DNA of 64,000 nt from an uncultured Acidobacteriota bacterium (GTDB lineage: Bacteria; Acidobacteriota; Thermoanaerobaculia; Multivoradales; DATKCC01). The translations under genes were made by a program, and so were the position numbers. Location of the stretch: the NCBI GenBank assembly GCA_963837945.1, contig CAWIQD010000026.1, forward strand, positions 151,754 to 215,753, written 5' to 3'. The notes beneath the pieces were generated by a model. That model did no database searches and was not told where the DNA came from. It saw nothing but the letters and a program-made list of their open reading frames with translations. Positions 9,447 to 18,404 of the stretch are shown here, one piece after another; the first letter of the stretch is position 1; each line of letters opens with the position of its first letter.

Positions 9447-10532
9447 TCAAAACACGTAATTCACCACGAAGCTCCAGCTCTTGTCGATGAACGTCTCCGG
9501 GCCGTGGTCGGGCTCGGTCTTCCAGTAGTCGTACTCGAGGATCAGGTTGAGGTTGTCCCGCAGGCTGTAGGTGACCCCCGGCAGGATCTCGGTCTCAGTG
9601 GCGGCGGCGCCGTCGTAGGCCACCTGGCTCCAGTTGAGCCGGAGCTGGAGCGGGGCGATCGGCCGCCAGCGGGTGCCCACCAGGTAGTAGGTCGAGTCGT
9701 CGTAGCCCAGGCGCGAGTGGGGGTGGGCGGCATCGGCCGGCTCGCCGCTCTGGTCGAGCACCTCGGCGTAGCCGATCCAGGGCCCGAGGGTGAGGGTCGC
9801 GTCGCCCGCCATCTGCCGGAGGTCAAAGCTCTCCGCCGCCACGTCGTGCCGGGCGATCCGGCCCGAGAGCCCCGAGAGGCCGATGGCGAGCGAGCGGCCG
9901 GGGCCGAAGCTCCAGGTCGGCGCCACCCGGCCGGTCACCGTGTTGCGCAGCTCCGCCGTGTCGTCGCTCTCGACGTCGCGGCCCGGGAGCGAGCCCGCGA
10001 CCTTGTCGTTGTTCACGAAGTACTGGGCCGAGTAGTCGAGGTGGAAGCCCTCGCCCGCCGGGCGGCTGCCGACGAGCTCGGCGCCGTAGTCCGGGTTGAG
10101 CTTCAGGCCGTTGAAGTACTGGACGTTGCCGAAGAAGGAGTCGTCCCAGAAGAGGCCCACCTTGCGGTAGACCTTGCCCACGTGGAGGTCGCCCACGGGG
10201 GTCTTCGCCCAGACGTAGGCCTCCTGGAACCAGACGTCGGAGACGAAGTAGGAACGCAGCTTCGAGTCGCGCGCCCGGGTCTGGACGTGGAGGCCGTAAC
10301 GCCCGTCCTCGGTGGCGCCGTCGAGGTTCAGCACGAAGGCGTAGATCTCGAATTTCTCGCGCGCGCCCTCGAGCTGCGGCAGATACTCGAAGAGGTAGAT
10401 CGAGCCGCCCAGGTCGAAGTGGGTCTCGAGCGTCGAGTCGGCGGCCAGGCCCGGGCGGGCGGCGGCGGCCGCGAGCAGGACGAGAAGGGCGGCGGCGGTC
10501 CGTGCGAGCGGGGATTTCGGTCGGCTGGGCAC
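9447..10532 (-). CDS. Outer-membrane beta-barrel protein (porin-like), last gene of phenolic-lipid operon
   Basis: Signal peptide (LLVLLAAAAARPGLA), alternating amphipathic beta-strand pattern, C-terminal aromatic residue (..NYVF). Confidence 0.7.
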   Translation of the reverse strand: MPSRPKSPLARTAAALLVLLAAAAARPGLAADSTLETHFDLGGSIYLFEYLPQLEGAREKFEIYAFVLNLDGATEDGRYGLHVQTRARDSKLRSYFVSDVWFQEAYVWAKTPVGDLHVGKVYRKVGLFWDDSFFGNVQYFNGLKLNPDYGAELVGSRPAGEGFHLDYSAQYFVNNDKVAGSLPGRDVESDDTAELRNTVTGRVAPTWSFGPGRSLAIGLSGLSGRIARHDVAAESFDLRQMAGDATLTLGPWIGYAEVLDQSGEPADAAHPHSRLGYDDSTYYLVGTRWRPIAPLQLRLNWSQVAYDGAAATETEILPGVTYSLRDNLNLILEYDYWKTEPDHGPETFIDKSWSFVVNYVF

Positions 10533-10675
10533 AGAGGTCTCCTCCGGGTTTCTCTGGCGGGTCGCGAGCAGGGTTCCGAGACCCTATACGAAAACGCGAG
10601 GCCGGCGGATCGCCCCGTCGCGCGCCGGGCCGCCCGAGGGCTACGGCGGCGTCGGCCGACGTCGAGGCGCTCCGC

Positions 10676-11863
10676 TCACGAGACGGCGAGCCGGCGGGCG
10701 AGGCGGAGGGCGCCGCCGACCCCGAGGTCCCGGGGGGCGAGAGCGCGGGCGTGGATCCCCAGCAGGCGCCCGAAGAGCTCGGGCTCGGCGGCCAGGGCGC
10801 CGACCATCCGGCGGCGCAGCCCGGGCCGGCGCTCGACGGCCAGGAGCAGGCGAATCAGGGTCTCCGGCAGGCGACGCAGGCGTCGGTGGGCGCGGGCGTA
10901 GGCGGCGAGCGGCTCGCGGCCGGCGCTCACGCGTCCCCCCTCCGCCTGGGCCGCGAGCACCGCCTCGACGAGGGCGAAGGCGTGGTGGAACGCCAGGGAG
11001 AGGCCCTCGCCGGTGATCGCGTCGAGGTAGCCGGAAGCGTCGCCCACCAGGGCGATCCGCCGTCGCACGACCGCCCGCGGGCGGCGCGCCAGGGGGCCGC
11101 AACCGAGGTCGCGGGAGTCCCTCGGGGCGCCGGCGAGACGCGCCGCGAGCGCCGGCACCCGTGCCAGGAGGGCGTCGAAATTGGCGCTCTCTCCGCTCCA
11201 CAGCATCGCCACCCCCACCCGCTCCCGACCCACGGGAGTGACGTAGGCCTCGCAGCGATCGGCCCAGTGGACCTCGACCCGGTCGCTCCAGGGCGCGATC
11301 CGGTAATGGCGGCGGACGCCGAAGCGGCCGCCTCCCCTGGGCCCCGGGGTCGGCCCGTCGGCACCCCGCCCCGCGAGCCCGGCCCAGGCGCGCACCTTCG
11401 AGCCCAGGCCGTCCGCGCCGACCAGCCAGCTCCCGACGTGGCGCGAGCCGGAGGCGGTCCGGACCGCGGGGCGCTCGCCGCGCCCCGTGCCGAGCTCGAG
11501 GACGGTCGCCCGCTCGCCCCAGACGAGGCGCGCGCCCAGGGCCTCGGCGCGCCCCGCCAGCGCCTCGTGGAGCGCCGTCCGGCGCACGCCGAGGCCGGCG
11601 GCGCCACCGGGGAAGCGGCCGTCGGCCACCGTGTCGCCGTCGAGATAGCGGATGCCGCGGAAGGGAGAGCAGTCCGCGGAGCCCGGAAGCTCGACCCCCA
11701 GCTCGGCGAGGCGCGCCAGTCCGTCGGGCATCAGCCCCTCGCCGCACGGCTTGTCGATCGGCGGCCGGTCGCGGTCGAGGACGGTGACGGAGAGGCCGGC
11801 GAGACGGGCCCGGATCGCCACCGCGAGCCCCGCCGGCCCGCCGCCGACGACCAGCAGGTCCAA
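10676..11863 (-). CDS. FAD-dependent oxidoreductase (geranylgeranyl-reductase/flavin monooxygenase family; SrsC-like hydroxylase candidate)
   Basis: Dinucleotide-binding motif LLVVGGGPAGLAVA, DxxxxGxG-like GDASG motif. Start set to TTG 11863 (GGGAGTGAG spacer TTG) rather than the Arg-rich ATG at 11968. Start uncertain. Confidence 0.75.
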   Translation of the reverse strand: MDLLVVGGGPAGLAVAIRARLAGLSVTVLDRDRPPIDKPCGEGLMPDGLARLAELGVELPGSADCSPFRGIRYLDGDTVADGRFPGGAAGLGVRRTALHEALAGRAEALGARLVWGERATVLELGTGRGERPAVRTASGSRHVGSWLVGADGLGSKVRAWAGLAGRGADGPTPGPRGGGRFGVRRHYRIAPWSDRVEVHWADRCEAYVTPVGRERVGVAMLWSGESANFDALLARVPALAARLAGAPRDSRDLGCGPLARRPRAVVRRRIALVGDASGYLDAITGEGLSLAFHHAFALVEAVLAAQAEGGRVSAGREPLAAYARAHRRLRRLPETLIRLLLAVERRPGLRRRMVGALAAEPELFGRLLGIHARALAPRDLGVGGALRLARRLAVS

Positions 11864-11864
11864 C

Positions 11865-13724
11865 TCACTCCCTTCCCGCTCGCCGGAGCCGGGCGTAGGC
11901 GAGGCTCGAGCGGGTGACCGCGGCGGCCAACCGCAGCGGGGTGACCGGCGCCGGCGCCTCGAGCTCACCGGCGAGCCAGAGGCGGAGCGCCTCGGCGCGG
12001 CGAAGCTTGCCCGAGGAGGTCCGGGGAAGGGTGCCGGGCTCGAGCACCGCGACCCGTCCCGCGGCGAGGCCGGTGCCGGCGATCACCGCTTCCCGGACCG
12101 CCGCCGGCAGCGCCCGGCGCACCGGCCTCGCGGCGCCGCGCGCCGCCTCCACCAGGATGAGCAGCTCCTCCTGGTCGGCCTCCTCGGGAAGGTAGCTCGC
12201 GGCGACCGCGCAGCCGGCGCGCGCGCCCGGAGCGGCGCAGGCGGCGGTCTCGATCTCCTCCGGCCCGTAGTTGCGACCGCGCAGGATGACCAGGTCCTTG
12301 GCGCGGCCGGTCAGGTAGAGCTCGCCGTCCGAGAGGAAGCCCACGTCGCCGGTGTCGAGCCAGCCCTCGACCACGACCCGGGCGGTCGCCTCCGGGCGGC
12401 CCAGGTAGCCGTCCATGAGCGACGGGCCGCGCACCCAGATCCGCCCCACCCGGCCGGCGGGCAGCGGGTGGCCGAGGTCGTCGCGCACCTCGAGCTCGAC
12501 GCCGGGGAGGGGAGAGCCCAGCGCCACCAGCTCGCGGCCGGCCGGTCGCCCGGGCCCGGCCGCCGGCGCGGCCCGGCGCGCCGCCTCGCCGGGTTCGAGC
12601 GAGCGGCGCTCGAAGCGCGCGGCGGTGAAGGGGCTGCCGAGCGGCGCGAAGGTCACCCCCAGGGAGGCCTCCGAGAGCCCGTAGACCGGGGTCAGGGCCT
12701 CGGCGCGGAAGCCCCAGCGCGCGAAGCGATCGGCGAAGGCGCGAAGCGTCCGGGCCGAGACCGCCTCGGCGCCGTTCAATGCCACCCGCCACGACGAGAG
12801 GTCGACACCGTCGAGCTCCTCGTCGCGGATCTTCTCGACGCACAGCCCGTAGGCGAAATTGGGGGCGGGCGAGACCATGGCGCGCGACCGGGAGATGGCG
12901 CGCAGCCAGGCCGCGGGCCGGCTCACGAAGACCTCCGGGCCGAGGAGCGTCAGGTCGGTCGCGAGCTCGAGCGCCGGGAAGACGCAGCCGATCAGCCCCA
13001 TGTCGTGGTAGAGCGGCAGCCACGAGACACCGGTGGGAGTGAGGCGGTCGGCGTCGGGCCAGAGCCCGTTGAGCGTCGTGACCTGGGCGAGGACCGCGCG
13101 GTGGGAGAGGGCGACCGGCTTGGGGTCGACGGTGGTGCCCGAGGAGAACTGGACGAGCGCCAGGTCGGAGGGCGCGGCCCGCCGGAGCGCGCCGGCTGCC
13201 GCCGGCTGCGGTAGCTCCTCCAGGGTGCGGCAGCCGAGCGCCGGCCGGGCGCGCTCGATCGCCTCCCCCAGGAGGCGGCGGACCCGCCGGTCGGCGAGCA
13301 CCAGGCGGGCCCCGGCGGCGGTGATCATGCGCGCGGTCCGGCGGTGGTACTCGACGAGGCGCCCCAGGCGCACCGGCGGGTAGAGCGGGACGGGGACGGC
13401 GCCCGCCACCAGGCTGCCGAAGAAGGCGGCGAAGAACTCCGGCGAGGTCGGATGGACCAGGGCGACCCGATCCCCTGGCTCGACGCCCGACGCGGCGAGG
13501 GCGGCGGCGGTGCGCCGCGCGCCCTCGACCACCGCGCGCCAGGGCAGGAAGGTCGCCCGCTCGCGCCGGTCGAGGAAGGTGAGACCGCGATCCTCGACCC
13601 CTGCGGCCCGCTCCAGGAGGTCGAGCAGGGTCTCGTCGGGCGCGGCAGAGCCCCCGTAGGGCAGGGGTCCGGGGCCGGCGAGCTCGACACTCGCGGCTCG
13701 CTTTGTGGGCTCAGGCGCCGTCAA
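11865..13724 (-). CDS. Fatty acyl-AMP ligase / acyl-CoA synthetase family (AMP-binding enzyme; FtpD-like)
   Basis: AMP-binding signature FSSGTTVDPKPV, downstream adenylate-forming core motifs (YGLSE, TGD, SSGKLRRA). 619 aa. Confidence 0.85.
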   Translation of the reverse strand: MTAPEPTKRAASVELAGPGPLPYGGSAAPDETLLDLLERAAGVEDRGLTFLDRRERATFLPWRAVVEGARRTAAALAASGVEPGDRVALVHPTSPEFFAAFFGSLVAGAVPVPLYPPVRLGRLVEYHRRTARMITAAGARLVLADRRVRRLLGEAIERARPALGCRTLEELPQPAAAGALRRAAPSDLALVQFSSGTTVDPKPVALSHRAVLAQVTTLNGLWPDADRLTPTGVSWLPLYHDMGLIGCVFPALELATDLTLLGPEVFVSRPAAWLRAISRSRAMVSPAPNFAYGLCVEKIRDEELDGVDLSSWRVALNGAEAVSARTLRAFADRFARWGFRAEALTPVYGLSEASLGVTFAPLGSPFTAARFERRSLEPGEAARRAAPAAGPGRPAGRELVALGSPLPGVELEVRDDLGHPLPAGRVGRIWVRGPSLMDGYLGRPEATARVVVEGWLDTGDVGFLSDGELYLTGRAKDLVILRGRNYGPEEIETAACAAPGARAGCAVAASYLPEEADQEELLILVEAARGAARPVRRALPAAVREAVIAGTGLAAGRVAVLEPGTLPRTSSGKLRRAEALRLWLAGELEAPAPVTPLRLAAAVTRSSLAYARLRRAGRE

Positions 13725-13956
13725 GCTTCCTCTCGACCGCGTCCACCAGGTCGCCGATGGTCGTGATCGCCTCCTCGTCCTGTGGGTCCAGGCAGACCTC
13801 GAACCGGTTCTCGACCTCGACCGCCAGGGTGAGGAGGCGGATCGAGTCGAGCGCCAGGTCTTCGACCAGTCGCATGGGGGGCTGGAGCGGGCGCTCCCAG
13901 GCCAGGTGCTCCCGCGCCACTTCGCGAATTCCCTGCAAGATCTCCTCCCGGCTCAC
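13711..13956 (-). CDS. Acyl carrier protein
   Basis: 81 aa. Phosphopantetheine attachment motif DLALDSIRLL. GTG start 13956 overlaps TGA of the upstream methyltransferase gene (GTGA). Confidence 0.8.
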   Translation of the reverse strand: MSREEILQGIREVAREHLAWERPLQPPMRLVEDLALDSIRLLTLAVEVENRFEVCLDPQDEEAITTIGDLVDAVERKLDGA

Positions 13957-14531
13957 CGCCCTCGCCCCCCGGCCGGCTCCGCGTCGTGCGGCACGGAGCG
14001 CGAGCTCGCCGCCCGCTCGAGCGCCGCGACTTCGACCCGGATGCGGTGGCCGAGGAGGAGGCCGTTGGCACCGGAGAAGAGGAGCGCGGTCACCCAGGCG
14101 GTGTGGACGAGCGGCAGGGCGGCGATCTCGAGCGCCACCGCCAGGTAGTTGGGGTGGTGGAGGTAGCGATAGGGCCCGGCGGTGACCGGGCTCGCCCCGG
14201 GGACGACGATCACCCGCGTCGTCCAGCGCTCGCCGAGGGCCTGGATCGCCCGGTAGCGAAGCGCCGACGCGATCGCCAGGACGAGGAGGGCCGCGGCCGC
14301 CAGGGCGGGCAGGAAGGGCCGGTCCAGGAGCCAGACCTCGGCCACGCACGAGACGAGAAACGCCGCGTGGAGAGCGACCATCCAGGGATAGTGCCCCGCC
14401 CCCACCTCCACCCCGCCCCGCGCCAGCAACCGCCGAGCATGCCCCCGCGCCAGCCGCAGCTCGGCAAGCCGCTCGAGCGCCACGATCCCGACGAGCACGG
14501 TGAAGAGGACCCGGGTATCGACCGTCGCCAT
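13953..14531 (-). CDS. Isoprenylcysteine carboxyl methyltransferase (ICMT)-family membrane methyltransferase (SrsB/FtpB-like)
   Basis: 192 aa, multiple TM segments, ICMT/PEMT-type C-terminal motif (RYLHHPNY...E). Positioned between type III PKS and ACP. Confidence 0.75.
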   Translation of the reverse strand: MATVDTRVLFTVLVGIVALERLAELRLARGHARRLLARGGVEVGAGHYPWMVALHAAFLVSCVAEVWLLDRPFLPALAAAALLVLAIASALRYRAIQALGERWTTRVIVVPGASPVTAGPYRYLHHPNYLAVALEIAALPLVHTAWVTALLFSGANGLLLGHRIRVEVAALERAASSRSVPHDAEPAGGRGR

Positions 14532-14655
14532 TGGCGTGGAATCCTATCCCCTCCCTTCCCCCCGCGAGGAGCCACAGGTCATCGGGCAATCCCGGCGGAG
14601 CGGGAGGCCCGCTCCGGCTGCGAACCCACCCTAGCCCTCGCCTCCCTCGCCCACC

Positions 14656-15729
14656 TCACCACTCCACCAGCACCAGCTCCGAGCAGAACCCCGGCCCCAT
14701 CGCCAGGATCAACCCCGCCGTTCCCGGCTCCGGCCGCCGGCTCGCCATCGTCTCCTCGAGGACCAGCAGCACCGACGTCGACGACAGGTTGCCCACCTCG
14801 CGCAGGCTCCGCCAGGTCACGTCGAGGGCCCCCGCGGGCAGCTCGAGCGCCTCCTCCATCGCCTCGAGCACCTTCGGCCCGCCCGGATGGCAGACCCAGG
14901 AGCCGATCGCGGCGCGGTCGAGGCCCTGGCCGGCGAGGAAGGCGTCGACGTCGTGGCGCAGGTGGCGCCGGACGACGTCCGGCACCTCCGCCGAGAGGAC
15001 GATCTGGAAGCCGCTCTCCGAGATGTCCCAACCCATGACCCGCTCCGAGTCGGGGTAGAAGACCGAGCGGGTGGCGACCACCCGGGGCCCCGGCCGGTCC
15101 CCGGCTCCGTTCCCCGGCAGCGCCCTCTCGGCGCCCGCCACCACCACCGCCGCGGCGCCGTCGCCGAACAGTCCGGAGGCGATCAGGTTCGGGATCGAGA
15201 GGTCCTGGAGCTGCATCGTCAGGCTGCACAGCTCGACCGACAGGAGCACCGCGACCTGGTCGGGGTAGGCCCGCACGTAGTCCGCCGCCCGCGCGATGCC
15301 GGCGGCGCCCGCCACGCAGCCGAGGCCGAAGATCGGCACCCGCTTGAGCCGCGGGGAGAGGCCCAGCCGGTTGATCAGCCGGGCGTCGAGCGACGGCGTG
15401 GCGATGCCGGTCACCGAGACCGAGATCAGGCAGTCGACCTCCTCGGGGGCGAGGCCGGCGCGGCCGAGGGCGTCCGAGAGCGCCGCGCCGCCCACCTCCT
15501 GGGCCACCCGGATCCAGGCGTCGTTGGCCTGGCCCCAGGTCTCGAGGGCCTCGTACTCGTCGATCGGCAGGGCGAGATGACGGCCGCCGACCAGGACGTT
15601 TCGGTGGAGCTGCTCGAGGCGGGCCAGGTTGTGGTGGCGCCTCGCCCAGTGGCGCCGCAGCGTCGCCAGCAGGGTCTCCTGGTCGTAGTAGTGGGGAGGG
15701 AAGGCGTGGCCGACGGCGACGACTCTCAC
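14656..15729 (-). CDS. Type III polyketide synthase (chalcone/stilbene synthase superfamily; alkylresorcinol/alkylpyrone synthase-like)
   Basis: Catalytic Cys context GLGCVAG, CHPGGPKVLEAMEEAL (His) and GNLSSTSVLLVLEE (Asn) motifs. Start set to GTG 15729 overlapping upstream TGA. Confidence 0.9.
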   Translation of the reverse strand: MRVVAVGHAFPPHYYDQETLLATLRRHWARRHHNLARLEQLHRNVLVGGRHLALPIDEYEALETWGQANDAWIRVAQEVGGAALSDALGRAGLAPEEVDCLISVSVTGIATPSLDARLINRLGLSPRLKRVPIFGLGCVAGAAGIARAADYVRAYPDQVAVLLSVELCSLTMQLQDLSIPNLIASGLFGDGAAAVVVAGAERALPGNGAGDRPGPRVVATRSVFYPDSERVMGWDISESGFQIVLSAEVPDVVRRHLRHDVDAFLAGQGLDRAAIGSWVCHPGGPKVLEAMEEALELPAGALDVTWRSLREVGNLSSTSVLLVLEETMASRRPEPGTAGLILAMGPGFCSELVLVEW

Positions 15730-16109
15730 CCGGCCTCCCCTTCGGGTCCGGCCACCGCCGCCATCAGCAGGCCGCAGACCGTGTAGAGGCCGAACCAGCC
15801 GATCACCAGGGTCCACCAGGCGTGGGCCGAGAGGGTCGAGGCCCCGGCCACCGTCAGGGCGAGCACGGGCCCGCGAAAGACCCATGCGGTCCAGGCCGCG
15901 GCGAGACCCGCCGCCCAGCGGTTGAGATGACGCTCGCGGACCAGCGCGAAGAGCGCCACGAGGCCCAGCCCCTCGAGCACCCAGAGGCCGAGCAGGTAGG
16001 GCGCGGGCAGCGCCTGGGGGCGCGCCAGGTCGAGGGCCTCGACGCCGAAGTGGAACAGCGCCTGAGCCAGGATCACGAGGGGCAGGGCCAGCACGAGAAA
16101 GCGGACCAA
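15726..16109 (-). CDS. Small integral membrane protein (4 predicted TM helices), first gene of PKS operon
   Basis: 127 aa, hydrophobic. Stop overlaps PKS start (GTGA). TTG start inferred. Confidence 0.5.
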   Translation of the reverse strand: MVRFLVLALPLVILAQALFHFGVEALDLARPQALPAPYLLGLWVLEGLGLVALFALVRERHLNRWAAGLAAAWTAWVFRGPVLALTVAGASTLSAHAWWTLVIGWFGLYTVCGLLMAAVAGPEGEAG

Positions 16110-16150
16110 GGTCCGGCGATGATATCTCCCTTCCCTCAGCTGCTAAAGTC

Positions 16151-17203
16151 GTGACATCTCCCTCCGGCCCGCCGGTTTCCCCGGCTCCGGGCGGCCCGGA
16201 CCTCCGCGCGCCCGGGCCGAGGCGGACCGATGATCCGCTCGCCTGCGCAGGCCGTATAGGGAACTGGATGACCGATCAGGCCGGAATCGTGACGAATGAG
16301 CCGAGTGTCTCGGGGAGCAGAGTGAACGGGAGGGGGCGTCCCCTTCCCCCCCGTGGGGTGGGAAGGGGATCGAGGGGTTGCGGGGGGCATCCGGTCAATC
16401 GCGACACGCCGCCCGCCGGAACCTGCTCGGCGGCCCCCGGGCGCCCGGCCCTCCTGGTCTTCACCCGGGGCGCGGACGCCGAGGGCCATCGCCGCCGACT
16501 CCTGCCGCGGCGCTTCGGCGACCGGGAGCGGGAGCTCTACCGGCTCTGCCTCGACGAGGCCCTGGCGGCCGCCCGTGGCGCCGGATGCCGGCTCGCGGTC
16601 TCCTCGCCGGCGCCCCTGGCGCTGCCGGAGGACGCCCAGCCGATCCCGCAGCGGGGCACCGGCTTCGGCGAGCGCCTCGCGGGGGCGTTCGACGAGGCTT
16701 TGCGCCCGGCCGGCGACGGCGGGCCCGGCGCGCTGGTCGCGGTCGGCACCGACACCCCCGGCCTGCGCCCGGCGCACGTCGAGCAAGCGCTCGCGCTCCT
16801 CGGCAACGGCCCGGGCGCCGAGCGGCGGGTGGTGGTCGGCCCGTCGCCCGACGGCGGCCTCTACCTGCTCGCCGCCCGGTGCCCGCTGGGCAGCCTGATC
16901 CGCCGCGTCTCCTGGTGCCGCAAGGGAACGCTCGCGAGCCTGCTCGCGACGCTTCGCGCCGCCGGCCTGGCGGTCGAGCTGCTCGAGCCGCTCGCCGACC
17001 TCGATCGCCCGGCGGACCTCGAGCGCTGGATCGCCCGCCGGGCGGCCGGCCGGGAAGGCCCGCTCGCCCGCCTGGCGGCGGCCCTCGGCCGGCTCCTCGC
17101 CGCTCTGCGCAGGCCCGCGGCGCTCTCGCCGCCGGTCCGCCCCCACCTCGCCTTCCTACCCGTGCCGGGCGGCCGCTCGCCGCCGCGCGGACGGCGGCAC
17201 TGA
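16151..17203 (+). CDS. DUF2064 family protein (MobA-like NTP-transferase fold; arsenosugar-type biosynthesis-associated glycosyltransferase-like)
   Basis: Conserved block ALLVFTRG...GFGERLAGAFDEAL...VAVGTDTPGL...VVVGPSPDGGLYLLA. True start uncertain (possibly ATG 16378 with an indel at the CCCCC run ~16430, or GTG 16349). Confidence 0.65.
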   Translation: MTSPSGPPVSPAPGGPDLRAPGPRRTDDPLACAGRIGNWMTDQAGIVTNEPSVSGSRVNGRGRPLPPRGVGRGSRGCGGHPVNRDTPPAGTCSAAPGRPALLVFTRGADAEGHRRRLLPRRFGDRERELYRLCLDEALAAARGAGCRLAVSSPAPLALPEDAQPIPQRGTGFGERLAGAFDEALRPAGDGGPGALVAVGTDTPGLRPAHVEQALALLGNGPGAERRVVVGPSPDGGLYLLAARCPLGSLIRRVSWCRKGTLASLLATLRAAGLAVELLEPLADLDRPADLERWIARRAAGREGPLARLAAALGRLLAALRRPAALSPPVRPHLAFLPVPGGRSPPRGRRH

Positions 17204-17327
17204 CCACCGAATCCGAAGCGACCTTCCGGACCGGCGTCGAAGCCGGCGAGACCGGGGGGTCTCGCCGCCCGCCGGGCGCGCCGGCCGGGCACGGCGAGCG
17301 AGAGAAACGACCAGGGGGAACACGACG

Positions 17328-18404
17328 GTGAGACCGCGCAGATCGCAGGTGGGGGCGGCGCTGCTGCTCCTCGCAGCAGGGACCGGGGCGTGCGCCCGGC
17401 CAGGGGGGGACGACGGGGCGGCGAAGGCGTCGCCGCCGGCTACGTCCGACGTCGTCGTCCAGTACGACTGCATCCCGAACTACGCCAACTGGGGGGCGGT
17501 CACCGACCTCTACCAGAAGACGACCGGCGTGAGGGTGCCGCCGGACATGAAGGGCTCCTCGGCGGCGATGGCCGCCCTCGAGGCGGAGAAGGCGAACCCG
17601 CAGGCGGACACCGCCTACTACTCCGGGGCGATCGGCTACGAGGCGGCGCGGCGCGGTCTGCACCAGGCCTACGAGCCGGCCGGCTGGGACCAGATCCCCG
17701 ACGGCCTGAAGGATCCGGACGGCAAGTGGTGGACGGTGCACACCGGCGCGATCGCGCTCGTCGTCAACACCGCGGCGCTCGGCGACAAGCCGGTGCCGAA
17801 GAGCTGGCAGGACCTGCTCCGCCCCGAGTACAAGGGGCTCGTCGCCTACGACGACCCGACCTGGGGCGGGACGGCGTACACCTTCGTCTACGGCATCAAT
17901 CACCTCCTGGGAGGCGACGCGCACGACTTCGAGCCCGGCCTCGCCTACCTCGAGAAGCTCGACGCCAACGTCCAGTCCTACCCGCGGGAGTCGATCTACA
18001 ACGACGTGCTGCGGGGCGAGATCCCGATCTGGATCAACGCCGACGGCAACGGCTACAAGATGCGCTACGTCGACGGCGGCCCGATCGAGGTGGTGATCCC
18101 GGAGGAAGGGTCGGTCTCGATGCCGCTGGTCATGGGGCTGGTCGCCGGCGCGCCGCACGAGGCGGCGGCCAAGCGCTATCTCGACTGGCTGCTCACCGCC
18201 CCGGCGCAGGCCGAGTTCGCCCGCTCCTACTTCCGGCCGGTGGTGCCGGGCGCGATGCCCGCGGAGGTGGCGAAGAACTTCCTGCCACTGGCCGACTACG
18301 CGCGGGTCCAGAACCTCGACCTGGGCGAGATGGCCGCCGCCTCGGACCCGCTCAAGCGCGCCTGGCAGGAGCGGATCCGCCACGGGGAGGGGGCGCCCGA
18401 GTGA
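17328..18404 (+). CDS. ABC transporter periplasmic substrate-binding lipoprotein (family 1, Fe3+/thiamine/polyamine-type)
   Basis: Lipobox LLAAGTGAC, SBP_bac_1-like sequence. Confidence 0.8.
   Translation: MRPRRSQVGAALLLLAAGTGACARPGGDDGAAKASPPATSDVVVQYDCIPNYANWGAVTDLYQKTTGVRVPPDMKGSSAAMAALEAEKANPQADTAYYSGAIGYEAARRGLHQAYEPAGWDQIPDGLKDPDGKWWTVHTGAIALVVNTAALGDKPVPKSWQDLLRPEYKGLVAYDDPTWGGTAYTFVYGINHLLGGDAHDFEPGLAYLEKLDANVQSYPRESIYNDVLRGEIPIWINADGNGYKMRYVDGGPIEVVIPEEGSVSMPLVMGLVAGAPHEAAAKRYLDWLLTAPAQAEFARSYFRPVVPGAMPAEVAKNFLPLADYARVQNLDLGEMAAASDPLKRAWQERIRHGEGAPE

Noticed and set aside
16461-18383. 640-aa minus-strand ORF (and similar long ORFs 10641-11747, 26986-28248, 32895-33923, 36554-39475, 43351-45309, 48071-49150, 56616-59435)
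   Set aside because: All are Arg/Pro/Gly-rich antisense or shadow frames of well-supported genes on the other strand or frame. No domain motifs.
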